Assembly (NCBI GenBank): GCA_038062315.1
Contig: JBBTXK010000066.1
Span: 1-34,174 of the forward strand
Direction of reading: 5' to 3'
DNA from: Patescibacteria group bacterium
GTDB taxonomy: Bacteria > Patescibacteriota > Microgenomatia > Levybacterales > UBA12049
DNA: 34,174 nt
Under the pieces are notes generated by a model. That model ran no database searches. It was not told the origin of the DNA and worked only from the letters and a program-made list of their open reading frames with translations. Shown in pieces: positions 8,953-17,242 of the stretch. The position numbers and the translations under genes are program-made. The first letter of the stretch is position 1. Every line of letters starts with the position of its first letter.

Positions 8953-10677
8953 ATGAACTTAGCCAAGCCAAAAATTATACTTACAATAATTGTTATGCTT
9001 GCCGCAATTTTGCGGTTTTGGCAGTTGGGAACAAATCCGCTATCTCTTACTTGGGATGAAGCCTCCTGGGGTTATAACGCATATTCTCTAGGAATTGATG
9101 GCCGGGATGAATTTGGAAGATTTCTGCCTTTTGATTATTTAGAATCGTTTGGTGATTTTAAGCCTCCGATGTACGCCTATTTGGATATTGTTCCTATTTG
9201 GATATTCGGGTTAAATGAATTTGCCGTTAGGTTCCCGTCGGCGCTTTTTGGGACATTGACTGTACTTGTTACTTATTTTTTAGTAAAGAGATTGTTTTTT
9301 TCAACGCGAATAAATACGAGTGCCTTGGCATTACTTTCAGCATTTATTTTAGCAATATCTCCTTGGCATATTAATCTTTCTCGGGCGGCATTCGAAGCAA
9401 ATATTGCGACATTTTTTTTGATTTGCGGAGTGTGGCTTTTTTTGTGCGGTGTTTACGAACGAAAATGGTGTCTTGTCTTGTCAATAGCCTCTTTCGTATT
9501 ATCTTTATATACTTTTAACAGCGCCAGGGTTGTTGCCCCTATTTTGGTTTTAATTTTAGGAATAGGCTTTAGAAAAGAGCTCCTAGAACAAAAAAAACAT
9601 GCAATGATAGCATTAGTTGTTGGTATTTTATTAATATTGCCATCACTAAAGTTCTTTCTATCTTCGGAAGCAAACCTTCGTTTTAGAGAGGTTAATATTT
9701 TCTCAGATCCAAAAGTTATTGAAATTGCAAATCAGGAAATTGCAAACGATGGTAATGAATGGTGGTCAAAGATAATTCATAATAGACGATTTGCATATAC
9801 AGTCGCGTATCTAAGACACTATTTTGACAATTTTAACCCCAGCTTTCTTTTTATTAAAGGGGATGGGAATCCTAAATTCTCAACTCAAGATGTCGGACAG
9901 ATGTACTTATGGGATCTGCCGTTTTTAGTCGCTGGAGCATTTGTGCTGCTGCGAAAACGGGAAGGTTGCTGGTGGATAATATCTTTATGGTTGATAATTG
10001 GTATTATTCCGGCTGCTACCGCTCGTGAAACACACCATGCGTTACGAATAGAGGCCGCCTTGCCCACTTTCCAGATTTTGACCGCATATGGAGTTTTCAT
10101 TTTTGTTAATACAATATCAAATATCAATCGCCGATTGAATCTGGGACAAATAGCAAAAATACCTGCTTTGCCGGCAGGCAGGCAGATTAAATATTTAGTA
10201 TTGTCTTTGTGTTTTTTGTTTTTGATCTTTAATTTTTTATATTATTATCATGGTTATTATGCTCATTATCCAAGGGAGTTTTCCGGTGAATGGCAGTATG
10301 GATATAAAGACTCTATAGAATTTGTAGAAACTATCAAGGATGATTTTGATCAAATTAATGTAACGACACTCCTAGGGAGGCCTTATATATATTATCTTTT
10401 TTATACCAAAACCCATCCAGAGGATTTTAGGAGAACTGCGATTGTGCGAGAAGATCCATATGGCTTTACTCATGTAGATGGTTTTGGCGCTTACAAATTT
10501 GGAGATGATTTAAGTAAACTTGACAATGGAAATAAAAGAATTCTCTATGTGAATGTATCAGGCCGTTCTCCAAGAAAGGCAAATATATTTAAAACGGTAA
10601 AGCTATTAAACAATGATCCAGTGTTTACCATTTATGAGATAGTCCACATGCCAGAGGAGGAAAAGAAGAATGAATAA
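8953..10677 (+). CDS. GT-C fold polytopic membrane glycosyltransferase, PMT/ArnT-like (type-A paralog, first of tandem triplet)
   Basis: LAAILRFWQLG, TWDEASWGYNAYS, ISPWHINLSRAAFEAN, ETHHALRIEAALP and a C-terminal domain WQYGYKDSIEF..YYLFYTKTHPEDF..YKFG. Confidence 0.85.
   Translation: MNLAKPKIILTIIVMLAAILRFWQLGTNPLSLTWDEASWGYNAYSLGIDGRDEFGRFLPFDYLESFGDFKPPMYAYLDIVPIWIFGLNEFAVRFPSALFGTLTVLVTYFLVKRLFFSTRINTSALALLSAFILAISPWHINLSRAAFEANIATFFLICGVWLFLCGVYERKWCLVLSIASFVLSLYTFNSARVVAPILVLILGIGFRKELLEQKKHAMIALVVGILLILPSLKFFLSSEANLRFREVNIFSDPKVIEIANQEIANDGNEWWSKIIHNRRFAYTVAYLRHYFDNFNPSFLFIKGDGNPKFSTQDVGQMYLWDLPFLVAGAFVLLRKREGCWWIISLWLIIGIIPAATARETHHALRIEAALPTFQILTAYGVFIFVNTISNINRRLNLGQIAKIPALPAGRQIKYLVLSLCFLFLIFNFLYYYHGYYAHYPREFSGEWQYGYKDSIEFVETIKDDFDQINVTTLLGRPYIYYLFYTKTHPEDFRRTAIVREDPYGFTHVDGFGAYKFGDDLSKLDNGNKRILYVNVSGRSPRKANIFKTVKLLNNDPVFTIYEIVHMPEEEKKNE
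10113..10185 (+). repeat. in-frame mini-element E1: 2x AATATCA, a 15-bp palindrome, a GC hairpin and (GGCA)3
   Basis: AATATCA at 10113-10119 and 10120-10126. TCAATCG-C-CGATTGA at 10124-10138. CCTGC (10162-10166) pairs with GCAGG (10174-10178). GGCA x3 at 10173-10184. Translated as ISNINRRLNLGQIAKIPALPAGRQ; this loop is 12-15 aa longer than in the paralogs at 10670 and 12349. Confidence 0.65.
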
Positions 10678-12352
10678 AAAAAATATTGTTTTCTTAACCC
10701 TGATAGTAATAATAGCGTCTATCTTGAGACTATGGCAGTTAGGCAAAGTTCCTTCATCCCCTGACTGGGATGAGGTTGCATTGGGCTACAATGCGTATTC
10801 GATCATAGAGACAGGTCGGGATGAATATGGCAAGTTTATGCCTCTGTTACTTCGTTCCTTTGATGACTATAAACCGGCACTTTATACATACTTTTCGATT
10901 CCGTTCATAAGCATTTTGGGTTTAAATATCTTTGCTGTTCGTCTGCCCTCTGCTATTTTTGGCATACTGACGGTCGTCGTGACGTACTTTTTAGTGCGAG
11001 AATTATTTAAAGACTCGCGATTTAAATTGGAAGTTGGAAATTGGAAATTGGAAATTCCAGAAGTAACCAGTCTACTTCTGGCTATTTCTCCATGGCATAT
11101 TCAATTTTCTCGTATCGCCTTTGAGTCAAATGTTGCCATGGGGCTTAATGCGATTTCTATCTTGCTTTTTTTAAAAAGTTTTAAAAGACCATTTTTGCTA
11201 CTTTTTGCTGCAATTAGCATGGGGGTAAGTTTTTACATGTACCAAAGCGAGAAAGTATTTGTTCCGCTCCTTCTTATTATTTTAATACTTGTATTTAGAA
11301 AAGAACTTTTTATGATTCCTAAAAAATACAAAGTTGCTTCTGTCGCGATTATATTTTTCATAGCAATACCTATGATATATTATACTTTAACCAATTCCGA
11401 TGCGTTGGCTCGGGCAAAAGGAGTCAGTATCTTTTCTGATCTTACACCCTTTCTGAAAAGGAACGTAGAGAAACTCATAGAAGATAATAACAATAAAGAT
11501 TATTTAGGATTGTTTTTAGACAATAGGAGAATTGAGTTTGCTAAATCTGTAGTATCAGGTTATATTTCGCATTTTGACTTAAATTGGCTGTTTGTTACTG
11601 GCGATATAGAAAGACATCATGCCCCCAATATGGGGCTTTTATATCTATGGGAGCTACCATTTTTATTGATAGGCATGTATAGCCTATTGTTTGGGCCATT
11701 TGATAAGAAAATAAAAATTTTTATCATTTCATGGTTTTTGATAGTGCCTATTCCTGCTTCGGTAACAAGCGGAGTTCCCCATGCTGTACGAGCTCTTAAT
11801 TTTTTGCCGATCTTTCAAATATTTACAGCAATTGGGGTTATTAGTTTTGTAGTATTTATGTCAAATGTAAAATATAAAATAGCAAATATACGAATAGAAT
11901 ATTTGATATTTTATATGTATATTCTATTTTTAACTTTTAATATTTTATACTATCTTAACCAGTATTTTATCCAGCAAAACTACTTTTATTCACAAGCGTG
12001 GCAATACGGCTATAAAGATGCGATTGATTATTTAAACGAAAATCAAGACAAATACGATAAAATTATTGTTTCAAACCAGCCTCATTTAGACCAATCATAT
12101 ATGTTTTTCCTTTTTTATCTTAAATATCCACCGAGCTTATATCAGATAGAGGCAAAAAATTCATCGGGAGGTTTCAGGGAAAATCATAAATTCGGAAAGT
12201 TTGAGTTTAGGCCGATTGTTTGGGATAACGAAATCAAAAGATCAGATATTCTTTATGTAGGCAGACCTCAGGACTTTACAGGCGGTGTGGAAGCAATTAA
12301 AACTATAAATTTTCTCAATGGTAAACCTGCTATTCTAATAGTTACGGGATGA
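10670..12352 (+). CDS. GT-C fold polytopic membrane glycosyltransferase, PMT/ArnT-like (type-A paralog, second of triplet)
   Basis: ILRLWQLG, DWDEVALGYNAYS, ISPWHIQFSRIAFESN, GVPHAVRALNFLP, WQYGYKDAIDY..MFFLFYLKYPPSLYQ..HKFGKFEFRPIVW. The start overlaps the upstream stop by 8 nt. This is the only start in the window with a good upstream GAGGAGG. Confidence 0.85.
   Translation: MNKKNIVFLTLIVIIASILRLWQLGKVPSSPDWDEVALGYNAYSIIETGRDEYGKFMPLLLRSFDDYKPALYTYFSIPFISILGLNIFAVRLPSAIFGILTVVVTYFLVRELFKDSRFKLEVGNWKLEIPEVTSLLLAISPWHIQFSRIAFESNVAMGLNAISILLFLKSFKRPFLLLFAAISMGVSFYMYQSEKVFVPLLLIILILVFRKELFMIPKKYKVASVAIIFFIAIPMIYYTLTNSDALARAKGVSIFSDLTPFLKRNVEKLIEDNNNKDYLGLFLDNRRIEFAKSVVSGYISHFDLNWLFVTGDIERHHAPNMGLLYLWELPFLLIGMYSLLFGPFDKKIKIFIISWFLIVPIPASVTSGVPHAVRALNFLPIFQIFTAIGVISFVVFMSNVKYKIANIRIEYLIFYMYILFLTFNILYYLNQYFIQQNYFYSQAWQYGYKDAIDYLNENQDKYDKIIVSNQPHLDQSYMFFLFYLKYPPSLYQIEAKNSSGGFRENHKFGKFEFRPIVWDNEIKRSDILYVGRPQDFTGGVEAIKTINFLNGKPAILIVTG
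11024..11081 (+). repeat. in-frame mini-element E2: heptamer array (AAATTGG)4.7 plus a 9-bp-stem hairpin
   Basis: AAATTGG AAGTTGG AAATTGG AAATTGG AAATT at 11024-11056. This is followed by CCAGAAGTA (11057-11065), loop ACCAGTC, and TACTTCTGG (11073-11081). Translated as KLEVGNWKLEIPEVTSLL. Confidence 0.9.
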
Positions 12353-14088
12353 TAAAAGAATTTAGAATTAGGAATTTAGAATTAAGAGTTATTGTGTTTG
12401 TAATATGTATTCTTGCAGTGGCTTTGTTTTTACGAATATACTCACTTGATAAAGTTCCGCCCAGTGCTTCATTAGATGAGGTTTCAATTGGTTACAATGC
12501 CTATTCAATCCTCAAGACTGGAGGCGATGAATACGGAAATAAGTTTCCACCGCTTCTGCGCGCGTATGATGATTGGCGGCCAGCATTGTATGTATATTTG
12601 GTGATTCCCTTTATAAAGTTTTTCGACCTTACTGTACTATCTGTTCGTTTGCCTTCAGTTATTCTTTCGGTTTTTACAATTCTTGCTGTTTATTTTTTAG
12701 TAAAAGAAATGTTTAGACGGGAGTTCAAAGCTCAATTCCCGATTCAGTCGGGAACAAAACTCAAAACTGCAGCTCAAAATTCAAAAGTCGAAATAATTGC
12801 GCTTTTTTCTATGTTTTTGCTAGCTATTTCACCTTGGCATATTTATATATCAAGACTTGGACATGAGGTAAATGCCGGCCTTTCTTTTATTGTTTTTGCA
12901 ATTTTATTTTTTATAAAAGCAATCAATAATGCAGGGAAAGGATGGTTTTTAATTTTATCATCTATATTCTTCAGTCTTTCGTTATATACATATCAAAGTG
13001 AAAAAGTTTTTTTTCCCTTAGCGATATTGGTCCTTGGGCTTGTCTATAGAGATAGATTAGTTAAAATTATGAAGTCACTATTAATAGCTGTTATTTTAGC
13101 AGTTATACTTGTTATTCCTATAACGGTATCAACCCTAACTCCGGAAGGTTTAATTCGTTTTAAAGGCACCTCTGCTTTTTTGGAAAATTCTCTCTATCAG
13201 GAAAGCGCCGAGAAAGTTTTAAAATACAAAAATGAGAAAAACGTGTTGGGGCAGATTATTTACAATCGTAGACTAGTGCCTTTGAAAATATTCTCTACAA
13301 ATTATTTATCTCATTTTAGTCCTAAATTTCTTTTTTTCAACAGCGGAAACGAGAGCTTTAAGGCTCCAAGCCTCGGGTTACTCTATATCTGGGAGTTTCC
13401 TTTTTTAATTATTGGATTTATCTATTTGCTTAAATCATTCGGCAAAAAAATTAAACTAATACTTATTCTTTGGGTATTAATTGCCTTTGTTGCGCCTTCT
13501 TTAACAATTGGTTCTCCTCATGCAATGAGAGCGTTTAATGTTTTGCCTGTTCCTCAGATTTTTACAGCTCTTGGTATTTTTTTGTCGATTAATTTTATTA
13601 AAAAATATAAAATTAACCGTTATTTGTTGATCTGTTTTTATGTCTTAGGGCATATTGTTGTTATTTATTTTTTGGGAAGTTTTTATAGGCAGTATTTCTA
13701 TTCCTTCCCAAAAAACCAATCCTCTTCTTTTCAATATTCTTTGAGTAGTTCAATCAGATATGTTCTAGGTATTGAAAAATCCTATGACAAAATCGTTTTT
13801 TCGAATAAGGAAAATCTCTATCAGTCTTATATGTTTTATTTATTTTACAGCAAGTACGATGCTTATCTTTATCAAAAACAAGGCGGAACAGAGTCCGGAG
13901 GATTTGCACAAGAACATAAATTTGGGAAATATGAATTCAGACCAGTTGTCTGGAGCAAAGACCAGCTTATGTCTAACGCTTTGTTTATTGGAAATGTTTC
14001 AGACTTCCCCGGTGATGTGAATTCTGCAAAGAATTTTGCTAACTTGGATGGAAAGGAGGCAATTAAAGTTGTCCATAATAAAGAATAA
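12349..14088 (+). CDS. GT-C fold polytopic membrane glycosyltransferase, PMT/ArnT-like (type-A paralog, third of triplet)
   Basis: SLDEVSIGYNAYS, ISPWHIYISRLGHEVN, GSPHAMRAFNVLP, MFYLFYSKYDAYLYQ..HKFGKYEFRPVVW. ATGA overlap with the upstream gene. Confidence 0.85.
   Translation: MIKEFRIRNLELRVIVFVICILAVALFLRIYSLDKVPPSASLDEVSIGYNAYSILKTGGDEYGNKFPPLLRAYDDWRPALYVYLVIPFIKFFDLTVLSVRLPSVILSVFTILAVYFLVKEMFRREFKAQFPIQSGTKLKTAAQNSKVEIIALFSMFLLAISPWHIYISRLGHEVNAGLSFIVFAILFFIKAINNAGKGWFLILSSIFFSLSLYTYQSEKVFFPLAILVLGLVYRDRLVKIMKSLLIAVILAVILVIPITVSTLTPEGLIRFKGTSAFLENSLYQESAEKVLKYKNEKNVLGQIIYNRRLVPLKIFSTNYLSHFSPKFLFFNSGNESFKAPSLGLLYIWEFPFLIIGFIYLLKSFGKKIKLILILWVLIAFVAPSLTIGSPHAMRAFNVLPVPQIFTALGIFLSINFIKKYKINRYLLICFYVLGHIVVIYFLGSFYRQYFYSFPKNQSSSFQYSLSSSIRYVLGIEKSYDKIVFSNKENLYQSYMFYLFYSKYDAYLYQKQGGTESGGFAQEHKFGKYEFRPVVWSKDQLMSNALFIGNVSDFPGDVNSAKNFANLDGKEAIKVVHNKE
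12358..12385 (+). repeat. in-frame mini-element E3: four heptamers (14-nt unit GAATTTAGAATTA x2)
   Basis: GAATTTA GAATTAG GAATTTA GAATTAA, translated as EFRIRNLEL at codons 4-12 of the 12349 gene. The paralogs lack these roughly 9 N-terminal residues. Confidence 0.7.
12722..12795 (+). repeat. in-frame mini-element E4: heptamers flanking a 7-bp-stem GC hairpin
   Basis: AGTTCAA AGCTCAA (12722-12735). TTCCCGA-TTCAG-TCGGGAA (12736-12754). CAAAACT x2 (12755-12768), GCAGCT, then CAAAATT CAAAAGT CGAAATA (12775-12795). Translated as EFKAQFPIQSGTKLKTAAQNSKVEI. Confidence 0.75.
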
Positions 14089-15583
14089 TAAGCGGAAGTT
14101 TCTTTTTATTTTTGTTTTATTCACTGGAATTGCCTTGCGCTCGCAAGAACTCATATCTCACAATTTTTTGTTTCTTTTGGATCAGGGCAGGGATATGATC
14201 GCGGTTAAGGGCATTTTGTACGATCAGCACTTGACTCTTATAGGGCCTTCTACGAGTTTGCGGGGAGTATTTCAGGGGCCTTTATGGTATTACTTGTTAG
14301 CCTTATCAACAGGATTTTTAGGCGGTGATCCGTGGGGAGGAATAGTTTTAATGTTTGTTATAAGTATTGCTGTTCTTATTACGATATGCCTTTGGATGGG
14401 GAAGCTTTTTGGTTATAGAGCAGCCCTTATCACTCTTTTCCTTTTTTCCGTATCTCCTGAGGCAGTTTCTGCTGCAACTTATGCTTGGAATCCTCATCCA
14501 ATGTGGCTTCTAATAGTGGTATATGTTTTTACTTTTTATAGTCTTATCTATAAATCAAAAAAGTTCAATATAATTTTGTGGCCGTTGATTGGCTTGATGT
14601 TTCACTTCCAAACAGCACTAGCGGTTTTTATTCTAATGTCTACCGCTATCTATATTCTGATTTTTGAAAGAGCAGTAATCCAAAATAAAAATTTTCTAAT
14701 AGGAGCTGCCCTATTTTTGCTTACATTTATGCCTCAAATACTGTTTGATCTAAGACATGATTTTTTGATGTCTAAATCCGCACTAAGTCTTTTGGGAGGA
14801 TCGGAGCGGGGATTGTTCGTAGGCGGAGAAAAAAGCAGTTATTTAGATTTGATGAAGAGTCATACATTTTCTTTTTACAGCAATTTTAGATCGGCTTTTA
14901 CAGACGATGGCGTTCTTAAAAATATATCCTCCTTATTCATAGTACTGATTCTTTCATCAATATTGCTTATGAAGAAAAAAACAAATAAAATCTTGAAAAA
15001 TGGGTCTAATCTTATTCTGTTGATATCTAAATTATTATTGATCATTTTCTTGTTGACCTTTGCATATCCTTTTCCACTGCGTTTCTGGTTTTTGACGGGG
15101 TTTCAATCATTTTATCTAATTATTTTAGGATTGTTGTTAAGTATGCTTTTAACTCATAGATTGGGTAAAGCCTTTGTTATTTTTATTTTTGTAGTTTTTA
15201 CTTCTTATTCTTGGCAAAGGATTAACTCTTTGTATATCCATCCCCCAAATGATGGAGGGTTTGCCAAGATTAAGGGTAAGCTGTCCGCAATAAACTATCT
15301 CTATAAAGATGCAGGAGAAAAAGAATTTGGTCTTTTGGTTTTTACGCCTTATGTATTAACAGATCCGTACGATTATTTAATTTGGTGGCACGGTAAAAAA
15401 AATTATAATTACATTCCTTATCAAGACAAGAAGGGCACATTTTATTTGTTAATTGAACCAGATTCATCGAAGCCCTGGAGTTATAAAGGTTGGCTTGAGA
15501 CAGTAATAAAAAATGGAGATATAATATATACAAAGGCGTTACCAAGCGGGCATATAGTGCAAAAACGTTTTGAGAGAATTTGA
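14048..15583 (+). CDS. GT-C-like polytopic membrane protein (PMT_2/ArnT-like)
   Basis: The ORF is open from TTG 14036; the first ATG is at 14048, and the start is uncertain (it overlaps the upstream gene by about 41 nt). Motifs are LLDQGRDMIAVKGIL..LIGPSTSLRGVFQGPLWYYLLA, many TM segments, and a C-terminal soluble part YDYLIWWHGKKNYNY. Confidence 0.65.
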   Translation: MERRQLKLSIIKNNKRKFLFIFVLFTGIALRSQELISHNFLFLLDQGRDMIAVKGILYDQHLTLIGPSTSLRGVFQGPLWYYLLALSTGFLGGDPWGGIVLMFVISIAVLITICLWMGKLFGYRAALITLFLFSVSPEAVSAATYAWNPHPMWLLIVVYVFTFYSLIYKSKKFNIILWPLIGLMFHFQTALAVFILMSTAIYILIFERAVIQNKNFLIGAALFLLTFMPQILFDLRHDFLMSKSALSLLGGSERGLFVGGEKSSYLDLMKSHTFSFYSNFRSAFTDDGVLKNISSLFIVLILSSILLMKKKTNKILKNGSNLILLISKLLLIIFLLTFAYPFPLRFWFLTGFQSFYLIILGLLLSMLLTHRLGKAFVIFIFVVFTSYSWQRINSLYIHPPNDGGFAKIKGKLSAINYLYKDAGEKEFGLLVFTPYVLTDPYDYLIWWHGKKNYNYIPYQDKKGTFYLLIEPDSSKPWSYKGWLETVIKNGDIIYTKALPSGHIVQKRFERI

Positions 15584-15584
15584 A

Positions 15585-17234
15585 ATGAATTATAGGAATT
15601 TTACTATTCCATTTGCTATAGCATTAATGTCTCTTATTCCTCTTTTGGATCTTTTTCATCCCGGTTTGCCTATAACTCATGACGGGGAAGATCATGTAAT
15701 TCGTGTTGCCAATTTTTATCGAAATCTGGAAGAGGGAAATATGATTCCTCGATGGTCACAAAACCTGAACTACGGATTTGGCCATCCAGTGCTTATGTTT
15801 TTTTATCCTTTGCCATATTATACGGCCTCAGTTTTTCATTTTTTAGGTTTTTCCTTCATTGATAGTACCAAACTTTTTTTTGGAATAACTTACATATTAA
15901 GCGGTATTTTTATGTTTCTTTTTATTAGAAAACTTTATGGAGAAACAGCGGGTATTTTTTCTTCTATGTTGTATCTTTTAGCGCCCTACAGATTTGTTGA
16001 TTTTTATGTGCGAGGGGCGATTGGAGAACACGCGGCATTTCTCTTTGTGCCCCTTACCCTCTACTTTTTAGTAAAGTTTTCTAAGTGTTTTACATTGGGA
16101 AGCTTTATTGGAGCAAGTTTATCTATGGCAGGATTGGTTCTGACGCATAACGCTGTCAGCTTAATGTTTTTACCATTCCTTTTCTTGTATGTAGGTTATT
16201 TAGTGTTAGTATCAAAAGCAAGAAAATCACTCATTTTCACCATGATATGCGTTATGTTGATTGGATTTGGAGTCAGCGCTTTTTTTTGGGTGCCGGGAGT
16301 TTTTGAGGCAAAGTATACTCTTCGCAATATTGTTACGTCTGGAGAATACTCTGCAAGATTTATAAAAGATGTAGCCTCTTTTGCATATGGACATTGGAGT
16401 TATGGTGGCAGCGGCGAATTTAGCGTTCAGATAGGCATAGTGCATTTGTTAAGCGCGCTATCAGTATTGACCGTTTTAATATTTTTGCCTAAAAAAAACA
16501 AGCCCGTTAGGTTAATAGTGCTAAGTTTATGGCTTTATTCGCTTGTCGCTTTATTTCTAATGTTACCAATGTCATCGTTTATATGGCAGCAATTCATTAT
16601 TTTGCAAAACTTTCAATTTCCCTGGAGATTTTTATCGGTCATCGTTTTTACCACGTCTTTCCTTGGCGGCATATTTATCTACGTTATTCCTACACGATAT
16701 AGGGTTTTTATTGTTGTAGCTCTTGGTGTTTCGCTTTTATTAATTAGCAAAGATTACTGGCATGCAAAAGGATATCTAATAAAGAATGACGATTACTTTA
16801 GAGGAGTAAAAAAAACTACAACAAACGATACAGGCGAAAGCTCTCCTATCTGGTCTGTTAGATTTATGGAACATAAACCCAAAGCCTATATAGAAGTAAT
16901 TGATGGAAAAGCGATGATTAGTACAATAAAAAGATCATTAACAGTTCATAGATACAGGTTAACAGCAGTGGAAAAATCACGAATTAGAGAAAATACCTTA
17001 TATTTTCCAGGATGGGAAGTTTTTGTAGACGGCATAAAGCAGGATATAGAATTTCAGGATCCGCAGAATAGGGGGCTTATGACATTTATGGTTGAAAAAG
17101 GAAAACATGCAGTTGACGTACGATTCACGGAGACAAAGTTAAGAATGTTTGCGGATATTGTTAGTTTGGTAAGTATAGTGTTTATAATTGGGCTTTCAGG
17201 TTTTTCAATTGTGAGAAGAAGGCGATCTAATTAA
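15585..17234 (+). CDS. GT-C-like polytopic membrane protein, PTPS-related (COG5617) / YfhO-like (type-B paralog)
   Basis: ATG 15585 lies 1 nt after the upstream stop. It gives an N-terminus co-linear with the paralog at 22122, whereas TTG 15570 of the ORF track does not. Motifs THDGEDHVIRVANF, IPRWSQNLNYGFGHPVLMFFYPLPYY, FQFPWRFLS and C-terminal YFPGWEVFVDG..KGKHAVDVRF. Confidence 0.7.
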   Translation: MNYRNFTIPFAIALMSLIPLLDLFHPGLPITHDGEDHVIRVANFYRNLEEGNMIPRWSQNLNYGFGHPVLMFFYPLPYYTASVFHFLGFSFIDSTKLFFGITYILSGIFMFLFIRKLYGETAGIFSSMLYLLAPYRFVDFYVRGAIGEHAAFLFVPLTLYFLVKFSKCFTLGSFIGASLSMAGLVLTHNAVSLMFLPFLFLYVGYLVLVSKARKSLIFTMICVMLIGFGVSAFFWVPGVFEAKYTLRNIVTSGEYSARFIKDVASFAYGHWSYGGSGEFSVQIGIVHLLSALSVLTVLIFLPKKNKPVRLIVLSLWLYSLVALFLMLPMSSFIWQQFIILQNFQFPWRFLSVIVFTTSFLGGIFIYVIPTRYRVFIVVALGVSLLLISKDYWHAKGYLIKNDDYFRGVKKTTTNDTGESSPIWSVRFMEHKPKAYIEVIDGKAMISTIKRSLTVHRYRLTAVEKSRIRENTLYFPGWEVFVDGIKQDIEFQDPQNRGLMTFMVEKGKHAVDVRFTETKLRMFADIVSLVSIVFIIGLSGFSIVRRRRSN

Positions 17235-17242
17235 GAATTTAA

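Noticed and set aside
11024-11056. Whether the AAATTGG arrays could be CRISPR repeats or a mini-CRISPR.
   Set aside because: The unit is 7 nt, there are no spacers and no cas genes, and the arrays are translated within intact ORFs.
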